A stretch of 64,000 nt of DNA from an uncultured Chloroflexia bacterium. Its GTDB lineage: Bacteria; Chloroflexota; Limnocylindria; Limnocylindrales; CSP1-4. The number at the start of each line of letters is the position of its first letter. Position 1 is the stretch's first letter. The stretch spans positions 1,312,001 to 1,376,000 of the forward strand of contig OY970218.1 in the NCBI GenBank assembly GCA_963713975.1. Direction: 5' to 3'. Positions 50,821-59,870 of the stretch are shown here, piece by piece. The notes under the pieces are model-generated. The model saw only the letters and a program-made list of their open reading frames with translations, was not told the origin of the DNA and made no database searches. A program made the position numbers and the translations under genes.

Positions 50821-50838
50821 GAGTGCGAGAACCGGCGA

Positions 50839-51009
50839 CTAGATGGAATCGCCGACCGTCGAGAGGATCGTGCTGACCTGGCCGCCCAGGAAGATCAGGG
50901 CCACGATGGCCACGATGGCGATGAGCGCGAGGATCAGCGCGTACTCGGCGAGACCCTGGCCCTCCTCGTCCTGCGGAATGCGGGCGATGAGTGCGTTGAT
51001 AAGGGACAT
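50839..51009 (-). CDS. flp: Flp pilin (copy B)
   Basis: DEEG|QGLAEYALI; AAAGGAGGT RBS. Confidence 0.93.
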   Translation of the reverse strand: MSLINALIARIPQDEEGQGLAEYALILALIAIVAIVALIFLGGQVSTILSTVGDSI

Positions 51010-51062
51010 TGAGTTGGGTACCTCCTTTCCTCGAGAGTCCGCGGACAACCGCGGCGATCCGG

Positions 51063-51091
51063 ACGGTATGCCGCGTGGCGGCGGGTGTCAA
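51063..51091 (-). promoter_or_regulatory. Sigma70-type promoter of flp copy B
   Basis: TTGACA-N17-TACCGT. Confidence 0.7.
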
Positions 51092-51146
51092 TCGCCCTAA
51101 CCGCACTTCGGTGCGGTGTCGCACCGGGAACGAGCGTCCGGACGCA

Positions 51147-51177
51147 GCAAGGCCGCCGGACGGGCCGGCGGCCTTGC
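51147..51177 (-). terminator. Hairpin/terminator after flp copy A
   Basis: 13-bp perfect stem GCAAGGCCGCCGG/CCGGCGGCCTTGC. Confidence 0.65.
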
Positions 51178-51196
51178 GGAGTGCGAGAACCGGCGA

Positions 51197-51367
51197 CTAG
51201 ATGAAATCGCCGACCGTCGAGAGGATCGTGCTGACCTGGCCGCCCAGGAAGATCAGGGCCACGATGGCCACGATGGCGATGAGCGCGAGGATCAGCGCGT
51301 ACTCGGCGAGACCCTGGCCCTCCTCGTCCTGCGGAATGCGGGCGATGAGTGCGTTGACAAGGGACAT
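51197..51367 (-). CDS. flp: Flp pilin (copy A, near-identical to copy B)
   Basis: DEEG|QGLAEYALI; GGGAGG RBS. Confidence 0.93.
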   Translation of the reverse strand: MSLVNALIARIPQDEEGQGLAEYALILALIAIVAIVALIFLGGQVSTILSTVGDFI

Positions 51368-51491
51368 TGAGGCCTCCCCAGATAAGAGCATGCGCCCAGT
51401 CGATTGGTATGGGCTGACTCGAACCGTAGACGCGCGGCTGGCCATCGCCAATGGGACGATCGTCCTACCGTGCCCAAGGATCTCGGCGGGG

Positions 51492-51653
51492 TCAGGTGCC
51501 GCCGTGCGCCGCGTCTACCAGGATGCCGATCAGCTCCGCCAGGGTCCCCCCGAAGACGAGGACGATCACGGCCGCCAGCAGCATCGTGCTCCCGAGCACG
51601 ATGGACGTCTCGAGGATCCCCGGGCCCGCCTCGGCGGTGCTCTGGCGGTCCAT
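51492..51653 (-). CDS. Divergent Flp/TadE-like minor pilin (53 aa, absent from the ORF track)
   Basis: MDRQSTAEAG|PGILETSIVLGSTMLLAAVIVLVFGG...; Gly at -1, Glu at +5, hydrophobic helix. Confidence 0.7.
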   Translation of the reverse strand: MDRQSTAEAGPGILETSIVLGSTMLLAAVIVLVFGGTLAELIGILVDAAHGGT

Positions 51654-51658
51654 CCCGC

Positions 51659-52807
51659 CTAGCTCCCTGCCTCCCCGCCCTCGGTGGGCAGCTCGACCAC
51701 CAGGCGCAGCTCGCCGCCGCCCGCCAGGATCTCCATGCGCGCGCCGATGGAGGCCGCCCGCTCGCCGGCGTCGCGACGCGCGGCCGGCGGCAGGACCACG
51801 ATGGCCGCCTGCTCGGCGGCCTCCACGGCCGCGTCGCGGGCGTCGTGCCGGTCCTGGATCATCTGCTTGATGGCGGCGGGAACGTCCCCGGTTGGAACGT
51901 CCGGAAGCGCCTCCTCGCCGGCGTCCACCGGCTCCCTGCCGGCCACGAGCCGGGCCTCCAACTCCTCGCCCCAGTCCAGGCGCAGGAGCACGTGCTCCGC
52001 CCCGACCCCGAGGTAGACGGCAAGCGCGCCATCGAGGGTCCGGAAGATCGCGCTCTCCACGTCCACCGCGAGCCGCCGGTCCGCGCCCAGAGACTCGAAC
52101 TCGACCTGGACGTGCGCCCGTCGCCCGCGCTCCCGGGCCGCGCGCCTCAGCGTTGGCACGAGGCCCAGGTCGTCCAGCACCATCGGCCGGACGTCGAAGA
52201 TGAAGTTCTTGGTCGCCTCCAACGTCTGCTGGACCATGGAGACCAGGAGTCGCACCTCGCCCCTGGATTGCGCGGGCTCTCGCTCCAGGAGCCGGTCCAC
52301 GATCTCGGCCTGTAGCACGATATTGGTCAGGGACTGCGCCGGTCCGTCGTGCATCGCCCGGGCGATCTCACGCCGCAGGTCCTCCTGGGCGCTGAGGACC
52401 ACCCTGGACAGGGATGGCCGCAGGGCCTCCTCCTCTGCCGCGCCGGCGTCGGCCTCGGGGACGGCCTCGATGCGTTCCACGAGGTCCTCGAGCGCCGTCC
52501 TGTGCCGGGCCAGTGCCTTGCGCTTGCCCTCCAGGACGTCGACCTGGGCCTCCATCAGCACTGCGCGCCGGGTGAGGGTCACGAGCGTGCCGTACGCGTC
52601 CGCGATGGCGGCGGGATCTGCTCCCTTGGCCGGCGTGGCGAGCCGGCCTGCGGCCTGCGCGCGCTTCTGCTCATGGCGCGCCGCCTCGGCGCTGGCCTGG
52701 CCCCCGAGCATCTCGATCTCCGAGAGCTCGCGATCCAGCGCGGCAATCTCGTCGCGCACCTGTGCGACGAGCGGGGACTCCGGGCTCGTCGGGTTGTCGC
52801 CGGTCAT
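51659..52807 (-). CDS. Soluble DegS-like HisKA_3 protein with a degenerate ATPase domain
   Basis: REIARAMHDGPAQSL and RPMVLDDLGL present; the ExxxN, DDGxGF and FGL boxes are missing. Confidence 0.8.
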   Translation of the reverse strand: MTGDNPTSPESPLVAQVRDEIAALDRELSEIEMLGGQASAEAARHEQKRAQAAGRLATPAKGADPAAIADAYGTLVTLTRRAVLMEAQVDVLEGKRKALARHRTALEDLVERIEAVPEADAGAAEEEALRPSLSRVVLSAQEDLRREIARAMHDGPAQSLTNIVLQAEIVDRLLEREPAQSRGEVRLLVSMVQQTLEATKNFIFDVRPMVLDDLGLVPTLRRAARERGRRAHVQVEFESLGADRRLAVDVESAIFRTLDGALAVYLGVGAEHVLLRLDWGEELEARLVAGREPVDAGEEALPDVPTGDVPAAIKQMIQDRHDARDAAVEAAEQAAIVVLPPAARRDAGERAASIGARMEILAGGGELRLVVELPTEGGEAGS

Positions 52808-52837
52808 GGTGGCTGAGCGTCCCCGGGCAGGTGGACC

Positions 52838-53575
52838 TCAGTCCTCCGGCATCCGGATCCAGCCCTGGCGCATCGCGTACACCACGGCCTGGGTGCGGTC
52901 GTTCACGGACAGCTTCCGGAGGATCGAGCTCATGTGGTTCTTGACGGTCTGCTCGCTGATGGACAGCGCATAGGCGACCTGCTTGTTCGTCATGCCCTGG
53001 GCAATGTTGTCCAGGATCTCCACCTCGCGCGGCGACAGCGGCGCGAAGATGGGGGCGGCCTCCTGGCCGTAGATGGCCAGCTCGCGGAACTCCTTGAGCA
53101 CGCGCGAGGCGACGGCGGGCTTGCTGAAGACCTTGTCGTTGATGAGGAACTCGCCCGCAGCCACCCGCCGGATGATCATGACCAGGTCCTCTGGCGCGAC
53201 GTCCTTGAGGATGAACGCGGCGGCTCCGGCCTTGATGGCCTCGAACAGCGCGTCCTCGTCCTCCTCCTGGGACAGCACCACGATCGCGGTGGCGGGGAGC
53301 TCCCGCTTGACGCGCTGCGTGGTCTCGATCCCGCCCGGGGACGGCAGCGAGAGGTCCATCAGGATCACATCCGGGTTGGTCGCGAAGGCCGCGTCCATGG
53401 CCGACCGCGGGTCGTCCGCCTCGGCGACGATCTCCAGGTCCGGCTCCTGCTGGAGGATTCCCCGGATCCCCACCCGGAACAGGGCGTGGTCGTCGACGAT
53501 CACGATCTTGACCCGCTCGTAGGTTTCGGTGCGCCGGTCGCCCCGGCGACGCTCCGACCCCTGGTACTCGGTCAT
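52838..53575 (-). CDS. NarL/DegU-family response regulator
   Basis: IVDDH, ILMDL, LSPREVEIL...NKQVA...TVKNH; N-terminal YQGSERRRGDRR extension. Confidence 0.95.
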   Translation of the reverse strand: MTEYQGSERRRGDRRTETYERVKIVIVDDHALFRVGIRGILQQEPDLEIVAEADDPRSAMDAAFATNPDVILMDLSLPSPGGIETTQRVKRELPATAIVVLSQEEDEDALFEAIKAGAAAFILKDVAPEDLVMIIRRVAAGEFLINDKVFSKPAVASRVLKEFRELAIYGQEAAPIFAPLSPREVEILDNIAQGMTNKQVAYALSISEQTVKNHMSSILRKLSVNDRTQAVVYAMRQGWIRMPED

Positions 53576-54681
53576 TCGATCTCCTTGTGCGTCAACGGGA
53601 TCGCGAGCCGCACGACCGTACCCGCCTCCGGTCGCGACCTGACTTCGAATTGTGCGCCGACCAGCTCGGCTCGCTCACGCATGAACTGGAGCCCGAAGTT
53701 GCGCCGTCCGCGGGCGGCCGCCGCTCCGGTGTCGAACCCGCGACCATCGTCGCGGACCTCCAGCACCCATTGTCCATCCTCCAGGACCGTCATGACCATC
53801 ACGTTCGCGGCGCCTGCGTGTTTGCGGACATTCTGCAGCGCCTCCTGCACCACGCGCAGCACCACCGTCTGGGCGGCCGCGGACAGGCCGTCCGTGGGAG
53901 CGCCCGTCTCGGCTGTGATGCTCAGCCCGGAGATGGCGGCCTGGGTGGAGACGGTGTCGGCGATGGCGCCGTCCAGGCCCAGCTCGTCCAGGACCGGTGG
54001 GCGGAGCTGGGTCAGGAAGGTGCGCACGTCGCCGAGCTCCCGGCGCAGCAGGTCCCGCAGGAACTGCAGCTCCGTGCGGGCCAGCGGGGGGTCTGACTCG
54101 AAGACACGGTCGATGAAGTCCACCTGGAAGATCGCGTTGGAGAGGGCCTGTGCCGGGCCGTCGTGGACCTCCTGGGCCAGCCGCGCCCGCTCCGCCTCCT
54201 GAGCCTCCACGATCCGCATCTTGAGCTCCGTGGGCATGGTGGGCAGGGAGGGCTCGGTGACCAGGCTGGCGTCGCCGCGCTCCAGGAACAGCCAGGTGCT
54301 CTCGAGATTGCGGATGGCCAGCTCCAGCCGGGACAGCTCCGCCTCGTGCAGGCCGAGGTCGCCGCGATCGTGGTCCACCGTTCCCCGGAGCTCGCGCAGG
54401 CGCCCGTCGGCCGCCCCGGCCTCCGCCGCCGTGGTGGCGAGCGCGTGTTCCGCATCCCCATTTCCCGGGTCGCCCGTGCGGTCCAGCAGGCCCAGCTCAT
54501 CGCTGAGCCCCTGCCAGCGGGTGAGGTCGTCAAGGTAGGCGGCCCGGTAGCGGTCGCGCACGGCGCGGAGGGTGTTCGCGGCATAGGCGAGCCCCTCGGC
54601 GGCTTCCGTGTGCAGTTCGTCGAACCGGGTTCGGGCCGGCCCGCTCCTTGGGGAATCCATCGTTTGGAGTGTATCCGTCAC
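53572..54681 (-). CDS. Soluble DegS-like sensor histidine kinase
   Basis: Coiled-coil N-terminus without TM; EAQEAERARLAQEVHDGPAQ, QEALQNVRKHA, DDGRGF, FGLQFMRERA. Confidence 0.92.
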   Translation of the reverse strand: MTDTLQTMDSPRSGPARTRFDELHTEAAEGLAYAANTLRAVRDRYRAAYLDDLTRWQGLSDELGLLDRTGDPGNGDAEHALATTAAEAGAADGRLRELRGTVDHDRGDLGLHEAELSRLELAIRNLESTWLFLERGDASLVTEPSLPTMPTELKMRIVEAQEAERARLAQEVHDGPAQALSNAIFQVDFIDRVFESDPPLARTELQFLRDLLRRELGDVRTFLTQLRPPVLDELGLDGAIADTVSTQAAISGLSITAETGAPTDGLSAAAQTVVLRVVQEALQNVRKHAGAANVMVMTVLEDGQWVLEVRDDGRGFDTGAAAARGRRNFGLQFMRERAELVGAQFEVRSRPEAGTVVRLAIPLTHKEIE

Positions 54682-56393
54682 GAGCCCTGCGGCGAGCGCC
54701 GCGCAGCAGCACGGGGCTGCAGGATCGCTGCTTCATCCGTGCAGCCGATCCGGAACACCCGCACGCCCTCGATGGAGCGGGCCTCGGCGGGATCGGCGGG
54801 GACAGCCAGCGGCACCTCCCGGAAGCAGGCAGCGGCAGGGTCAGAGGACTCGTCCAGGATCGCCGGCCAGTCCCCGTGGTCGTCCTGCGCAGTGATCAGC
54901 CAGCGTGCGCCGAACCGAGGATCGGTGGCCAGGTCCAGGACGTCCGCCGGGGTCTCGTCGGGGAGTGCGAGGGTGGGGATCCGCTGCGTCTCCGCCATCC
55001 AGATCGGGAAGTCGGCGATCACCGGCTCCGAGCCGTCCAGCGGCACGCCGACGGCAGCCAGCTCGCGTGCGAGCACGTCATACGTTCTTGCCGTGTCGCG
55101 CGCGCTCGCCGCCACCGTGGACAGCAGCACGATCGAGAACAGCGCGGACGAGCCGACCGCGAGCGTGGCGCCCAACCACGCGACCGGGCGCCCCCAGCGC
55201 ATCCGCCGGGCCAGGCGTGCGAGGCCGACGTCGAGGGCGCCCAGCGCGGACACGATCAGCAGCACCTGGACCGGGGCGGCGGCGTGCAGGAACGTGCCCC
55301 ATGTCGTGGCGACGGAGAAGAGCAGGCTGGTGACCAGGAACGTGATCCCGCCGATCAGCACCACCGGCCGCAGGGCCTTGTCGTGGGCCTGCCAGGGCAA
55401 CGCCAGGAGGCCCAGCACCGAGATCGGGACGCCCAGCAGCAGCAGCACGTTGAGGATGTTGTGGCCGATGCCCTCTACGCGCATCTCCAGCAGGCGGGCC
55501 GGACCCACCGCCAGGTAGCGCGACACGGTTGGCGGATCGTTCCAGGCGAAGATATCGAACCCGGTTACGGACAGGCCGTTGGAGATCGCCTGACCCGGCA
55601 GCGGATTGCCGAATGCCGCCCAGTCGCGGGCCGCCCAGGGGGCGAAGACCAGGAGGCTGACGGCCGCCACGACGCCGATCATCCGAAGGCGCTCGGCACG
55701 CGAGGAGCCACCGTGCCGCCACGCCAGCCAGGCCCATGTCGCGGCCACCCAGACCGCCTCGTTGCGGGTCAGGGCGGCGGCACCCAGCAGGACGCCCATC
55801 GTCAGCAGGCGCGGGTCCGCCAGGCGGGCGCCACGCGGATCGCGCAGGACCCGGGTCATGAGCAGGCACGCACCCAGGGCGAGCACGCCGAACAGGGTCG
55901 TCGAGTCCGGCTGCGCGGAGTGGAGGATGAGCGGCAGGTACACGGCGGCGGTCAGCCCCGTGCCAATCGCGAGCGTACGTGCTCGCTCCGGCCCCAGGCC
56001 GCGCTCCACGGCCGTATCGGCCGCGAGGCGCCAGGCCATCACCGCCAGGACGGCGCCCAGGAGGGCGGAGACCACCTGGGATGCCCGCATGGCCGTCTCG
56101 AGGGGGATCGGTGCCGCCGCGCCGGACAGGGCCAGCGGGATGGCGAACAGCAGCGACGGCAGCGGCAGCCAGATCTCGAAGGCCGGGCGCGGGAACACCA
56201 GGGGCGGCGTGCCAAAGCTCCAGAGCGCATCCGAGACCAGCCCCCGTCCCTCCACCAGGTTTCGGGCCACGCCGACGTAGTAGGCGGAATCCTCGGGCCG
56301 GGGGAAGGTGATGGCGGACGCCGCGACGGCCCGCACGATCAGCGCGACACCGAACACGAGGAGCGCGGTCAGCCAGGCCTCCCGGCGGGTCAT
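54678..56393 (-). CDS. GT-C fold glycosyltransferase (GT39-like), paralogue 2
   Basis: EDSAYYVGVARNL, WLPL, ALTRNE, GTFLH; many TM helices. Confidence 0.7.
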   Translation of the reverse strand: MTRREAWLTALLVFGVALIVRAVAASAITFPRPEDSAYYVGVARNLVEGRGLVSDALWSFGTPPLVFPRPAFEIWLPLPSLLFAIPLALSGAAAPIPLETAMRASQVVSALLGAVLAVMAWRLAADTAVERGLGPERARTLAIGTGLTAAVYLPLILHSAQPDSTTLFGVLALGACLLMTRVLRDPRGARLADPRLLTMGVLLGAAALTRNEAVWVAATWAWLAWRHGGSSRAERLRMIGVVAAVSLLVFAPWAARDWAAFGNPLPGQAISNGLSVTGFDIFAWNDPPTVSRYLAVGPARLLEMRVEGIGHNILNVLLLLGVPISVLGLLALPWQAHDKALRPVVLIGGITFLVTSLLFSVATTWGTFLHAAAPVQVLLIVSALGALDVGLARLARRMRWGRPVAWLGATLAVGSSALFSIVLLSTVAASARDTARTYDVLARELAAVGVPLDGSEPVIADFPIWMAETQRIPTLALPDETPADVLDLATDPRFGARWLITAQDDHGDWPAILDESSDPAAACFREVPLAVPADPAEARSIEGVRVFRIGCTDEAAILQPRAAARRSPQGS

Positions 56394-58030
56394 GGCACAC
56401 CTCCCAGCACGGCGGCCTCAGCGCACCGGGTGTCGCTCGCGTCGAGGCAGACCGGGTAGAGCGCGACGTCATCGCGCTCGAGGACGGGAGGGCCGACCCA
56501 GGCGGGCCGGACGCCGTCCACCAGGATCTCCTGCGTTGACGGAACGCCGTCGCCCCGGTCCAGGACCAGCCATCGGATGTCGTAGGCGCGGGCCACGTCC
56601 TCCACGGTCTCGAGAGGGTCGTTCACGAGGACGACCCCGCCCCGCCCTGTCCAGTACCGCGTGCCTGCGGCGTCGATCGACATCACCCGGTCGTCCAGCG
56701 GCGCGCCGAACTCATCCAGCGCGGCTGCCAGCGCCAGTGCCCGCTGCCGCTTGTCGTCCCAGCTTGCGTGGACGCTGAACGATCCCCAGACGGCGCAGGC
56801 AACCCCGAAGACCACGGCTCCGCCCACGAACACGCGCCCGGCCGAATCCGCGTCCCACCGTGGTCGCCGCGCCGCCAGCCAGGCCACCGCGAGGACGATC
56901 CCCTCCAGCGCCAGCACGTACCCGTGCGGTGCGAGGGCCACCGCGGAGTGGATGAAGGTCCCGCCCGGGACGTGGACCGCGGACACCAGGGCGCTGAACG
57001 CGAACAGCAGGGTCGCGTACCCGAAGTACGGCCCGAACGTGGCATCCCGCCGCCGGCGCCAGGCGCCGATCACCAGGAACGGCACCAGGAACAGCGCTCC
57101 AACCAGGACGCTGAAGATGAACGCCGCCGAGACCAGCCCGCCCGCGCGGGTCATCAGCAGCGGTCCCCAGCCCATCCCAAGGAGATGATCCAGGGTGGCC
57201 GGGATGGTGATGCTGTTCCACTCGCCGATGTCCCGGATGAACAGGACCTTGCCGGACGCGGTGGACGGGGAGAGGGACCCGAACACGGCCAGCTGGCGCA
57301 GATACCACGGCGCCACGGCCAGGGCGAACAGCGCGACGCAGCCCAGGGCGGCCGCCAGTGGGATCCGGGCCGGCCGTCGCGGGCTGGCGCCGAACGGACG
57401 GAACGTGCGCCAACGGTCCCACAGGAACGTCGCGCCAAGGACCGCCAGCACCAGCAGGCCGTCGTTGCGGGAGAGGGTCGCGATGCCGGCCAGCAGTCCG
57501 GCCAGGACGAAGGCTCGCGGGCTGCCACGCATCCCGCGGCCGGCGAGGAACAGGGCGCCCGCCACCAGGGGCTGGTACAGGCTGAAGTTGTCCGGCTGGG
57601 CCATGTACACGAACGACAGTGTCGGGAACGCGACCAGGATCCCGGCACCCACGGCCACGTAGGGGCGCACGCCCGCCTCCCGTCCGATCGCCCAGGCCAG
57701 CGGCGCGGCGAGCGCACCGAGGAGCGCGAACGGCAGCGCAGAGGCCATCGCCGTCGGGCCCAGCAGCCAGAGGAACGGCACCTGAACCAGGGCCGCCAGC
57801 GGCATCCAGTGGGCGTTGGAGGCGATCGGGAGGACCGGGTTCGCGGGGATCGCCCCACCCACCTCGGGGAAGATCCAGATGAAGTCGACGTTGAACCCGT
57901 GTCCGGCTGCCAGCTGGCGCGCCACGTCCACGTAGTAGAAGGAATCGGGATAGGCCGGGTCCGGGAACCCGGTGGCGACCACCAGCCGCGCCACCAGGGC
58001 GAGCAGATACAGCAGGATGGGCGTGCGCAC
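56390..58030 (-). CDS. GT-C fold glycosyltransferase (GT39-like), paralogue 1
   Basis: PDSFYYVDVARQL, HWMPL, TLSRND, GTFIH. Confidence 0.72.
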   Translation of the reverse strand: MRTPILLYLLALVARLVVATGFPDPAYPDSFYYVDVARQLAAGHGFNVDFIWIFPEVGGAIPANPVLPIASNAHWMPLAALVQVPFLWLLGPTAMASALPFALLGALAAPLAWAIGREAGVRPYVAVGAGILVAFPTLSFVYMAQPDNFSLYQPLVAGALFLAGRGMRGSPRAFVLAGLLAGIATLSRNDGLLVLAVLGATFLWDRWRTFRPFGASPRRPARIPLAAALGCVALFALAVAPWYLRQLAVFGSLSPSTASGKVLFIRDIGEWNSITIPATLDHLLGMGWGPLLMTRAGGLVSAAFIFSVLVGALFLVPFLVIGAWRRRRDATFGPYFGYATLLFAFSALVSAVHVPGGTFIHSAVALAPHGYVLALEGIVLAVAWLAARRPRWDADSAGRVFVGGAVVFGVACAVWGSFSVHASWDDKRQRALALAAALDEFGAPLDDRVMSIDAAGTRYWTGRGGVVLVNDPLETVEDVARAYDIRWLVLDRGDGVPSTQEILVDGVRPAWVGPPVLERDDVALYPVCLDASDTRCAEAAVLGGVP

Positions 58031-58143
58031 AGCCGGTGCAGCCTAGCACCGGGTTGCCGGTCGTCAGAGGGGTACGAACGGGCTAGCGAGCCCGCCGTCA
58101 AATGGGGCGCACGCGGTCCACCCCAGCGGGTATGGTCCGCCTC

Positions 58144-59043
58144 GTGACATCCGGGACCAGGCTGGACCGCAGGCGGCTCCGGCCGGTCGTGCACGGCCTC
58201 GTGCTCGCCGGCCTGATGATCTTCGCGTACCTGTTCCTCGTCGTCGCGCCCGCCCAGGGTTCGTTCGGGTTCGATGCCTACGCCTACTGGGCCGTGAACA
58301 TGTCGGACCCGTACGCGGTGCCCGTCGGTGGCCTGGGCGCGTTCACCTACACGCCGGTTGCCGCGCGGCTGTTCAGCCCCTTCGGCGCCATGCAGTGGTA
58401 CTCGTTCCTGTGGGTGTGGTCAGCAGAGCTGCTGGCGACGGCGCTGTGGCTGGGCGGTCGGCGGTTCCTGTGGGTGCTGGCCTTTCCGCCGGTGGCCCTG
58501 GAGCTCTACCACGGCAACATCCATCTGCTCCTGGCGGCGATGATCGTGCTCGGCTTCCGCTACCCGGCTGTCTGGACCTTCGGGATCTTCACCAAGGTCA
58601 CGCCCGGCATCGGGGTGCTGTGGTTTCTGGTGCGCCGCGAGTGGCGCAACCTGGCCATCGTGCTGGGCCTGACCGCCGCGATCCTGGGTGTGTCGCTGCT
58701 GGTGGACGGGGACCTGTGGCGCGAATGGGTGGCGCTCGTCGTGAGCGCGGAATCGGGCGGACAGGTAGAGCAGGCTCAGGTGGCCATCCCCCTGCTCATC
58801 CGCCTGCCGCTGGCGGCGCTGGTCGTGATCTGGGGCGCCCTGACGGACCGTCGCTGGGCGGTGCCGGTCGCGGTGACGCTCGCGCTGCCGGTGCTCTGGC
58901 CGTCCGGGTTTGCGGTGCTCGCGGCCTGCCTGGCGACGTCGTCGCTGGCCGGGGCGCCGCTGATCCGGGTTGGCGGTCCCGCAGCTGGTACCAGTGCGGA
59001 TGGCCCTCCGGTCCCGGTTACAGAACGCACCACGGGGTCCTAG
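58144..59043 (+). CDS. GT87/DUF2029-like membrane glycosyltransferase
   Basis: FDAYAY, FTYTP, GNIHLL, KVTP; GTG 7 nt after TATGGT. Confidence 0.72.
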   Translation: MTSGTRLDRRRLRPVVHGLVLAGLMIFAYLFLVVAPAQGSFGFDAYAYWAVNMSDPYAVPVGGLGAFTYTPVAARLFSPFGAMQWYSFLWVWSAELLATALWLGGRRFLWVLAFPPVALELYHGNIHLLLAAMIVLGFRYPAVWTFGIFTKVTPGIGVLWFLVRREWRNLAIVLGLTAAILGVSLLVDGDLWREWVALVVSAESGGQVEQAQVAIPLLIRLPLAALVVIWGALTDRRWAVPVAVTLALPVLWPSGFAVLAACLATSSLAGAPLIRVGGPAAGTSADGPPVPVTERTTGS

Positions 59044-59053
59044 ACTGCCCCGG

Positions 59054-59857
59054 ATGCCCGAGCCCACCCTCACCATCGTCCTGCCGGCCTACAACGAGGA
59101 GGCCAGGCTGGGCTCTGCCCTCGACGAGCTGTTCGGCTACCTGCATCGGCGAGGGGGACAGGCCCGCGAGGGCCGCCCGGGATCGGAGGAGCTGCCGCAT
59201 GCGGTCCAGGTCCTTGTGGTCGACGACGGATCCGCAGATGGGACGGCCGCCCTGGTCCGGGCCCGACCCGAGCACGCCGCCGGAGAGATGGAGCTGCTGA
59301 CCGTTCCGCACGGAGGCAAGGGCTCCGCTGTCCGGGCCGGAATGCTCCACGCGGCGGGCGACTTGGTGGTGTTCGCGGATGCCGACATGGCCACGCCCCC
59401 GGACGAGCTCGTCCCGCTGGTGCGTGCCCTCGAGACCGCAGACGCCGCCTACGGCTCCCGGATCCAGCCCGACGGATCGGACATGCGTGCCTCGCAGCCA
59501 CCCTGGCGCCGTGCGCTCGGCAAGGCGTTCCACCTGCTGGCATCGATCTGGGTGGTGGGCCCGGTCCAGGACACCCAGTGCGGGTTCAAGGGCTTCCGCC
59601 GCGACGTCGCCCGGGACGTGTTCGCCCGCCAGGTGGTCACCAGCATCGTGTTCGACGTGGAGGTGATCTACCTCGTCCGCCGCAGGGGCTACTCCCATGC
59701 TGTGGTGCCCATCCGCTGGGCGGACCGCCGCGGATCGCGGATGCACCCGGGCTTGGGCCTCGCCCTGCGCGTGGCATGGGACCTGTTCCGGATCCCGCTG
59801 ATCCACCGGGACGTCCGACGCGTCGCGCGGGGATCTGGCGATCCGTCGGCCGTCTGA
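59054..59857 (+). CDS. GT2 polyprenol-phosphate glycosyltransferase (DPG/DPM synthase-like)
   Basis: VLPAYNEE, VVDDGSADGT, GKGSAVRAG, DADM, DTQCGFK, FDVE. Confidence 0.9.
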   Translation: MPEPTLTIVLPAYNEEARLGSALDELFGYLHRRGGQAREGRPGSEELPHAVQVLVVDDGSADGTAALVRARPEHAAGEMELLTVPHGGKGSAVRAGMLHAAGDLVVFADADMATPPDELVPLVRALETADAAYGSRIQPDGSDMRASQPPWRRALGKAFHLLASIWVVGPVQDTQCGFKGFRRDVARDVFARQVVTSIVFDVEVIYLVRRRGYSHAVVPIRWADRRGSRMHPGLGLALRVAWDLFRIPLIHRDVRRVARGSGDPSAV

Positions 59858-59870
59858 TCCGGCGGGTGGG

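Noticed and set aside
50819-51371. flp A/B duplication as a pure assembly artefact
   Set aside because: The copies differ at two sites and have distinct promoters, RBS contexts and hairpins; read confirmation is still advisable.
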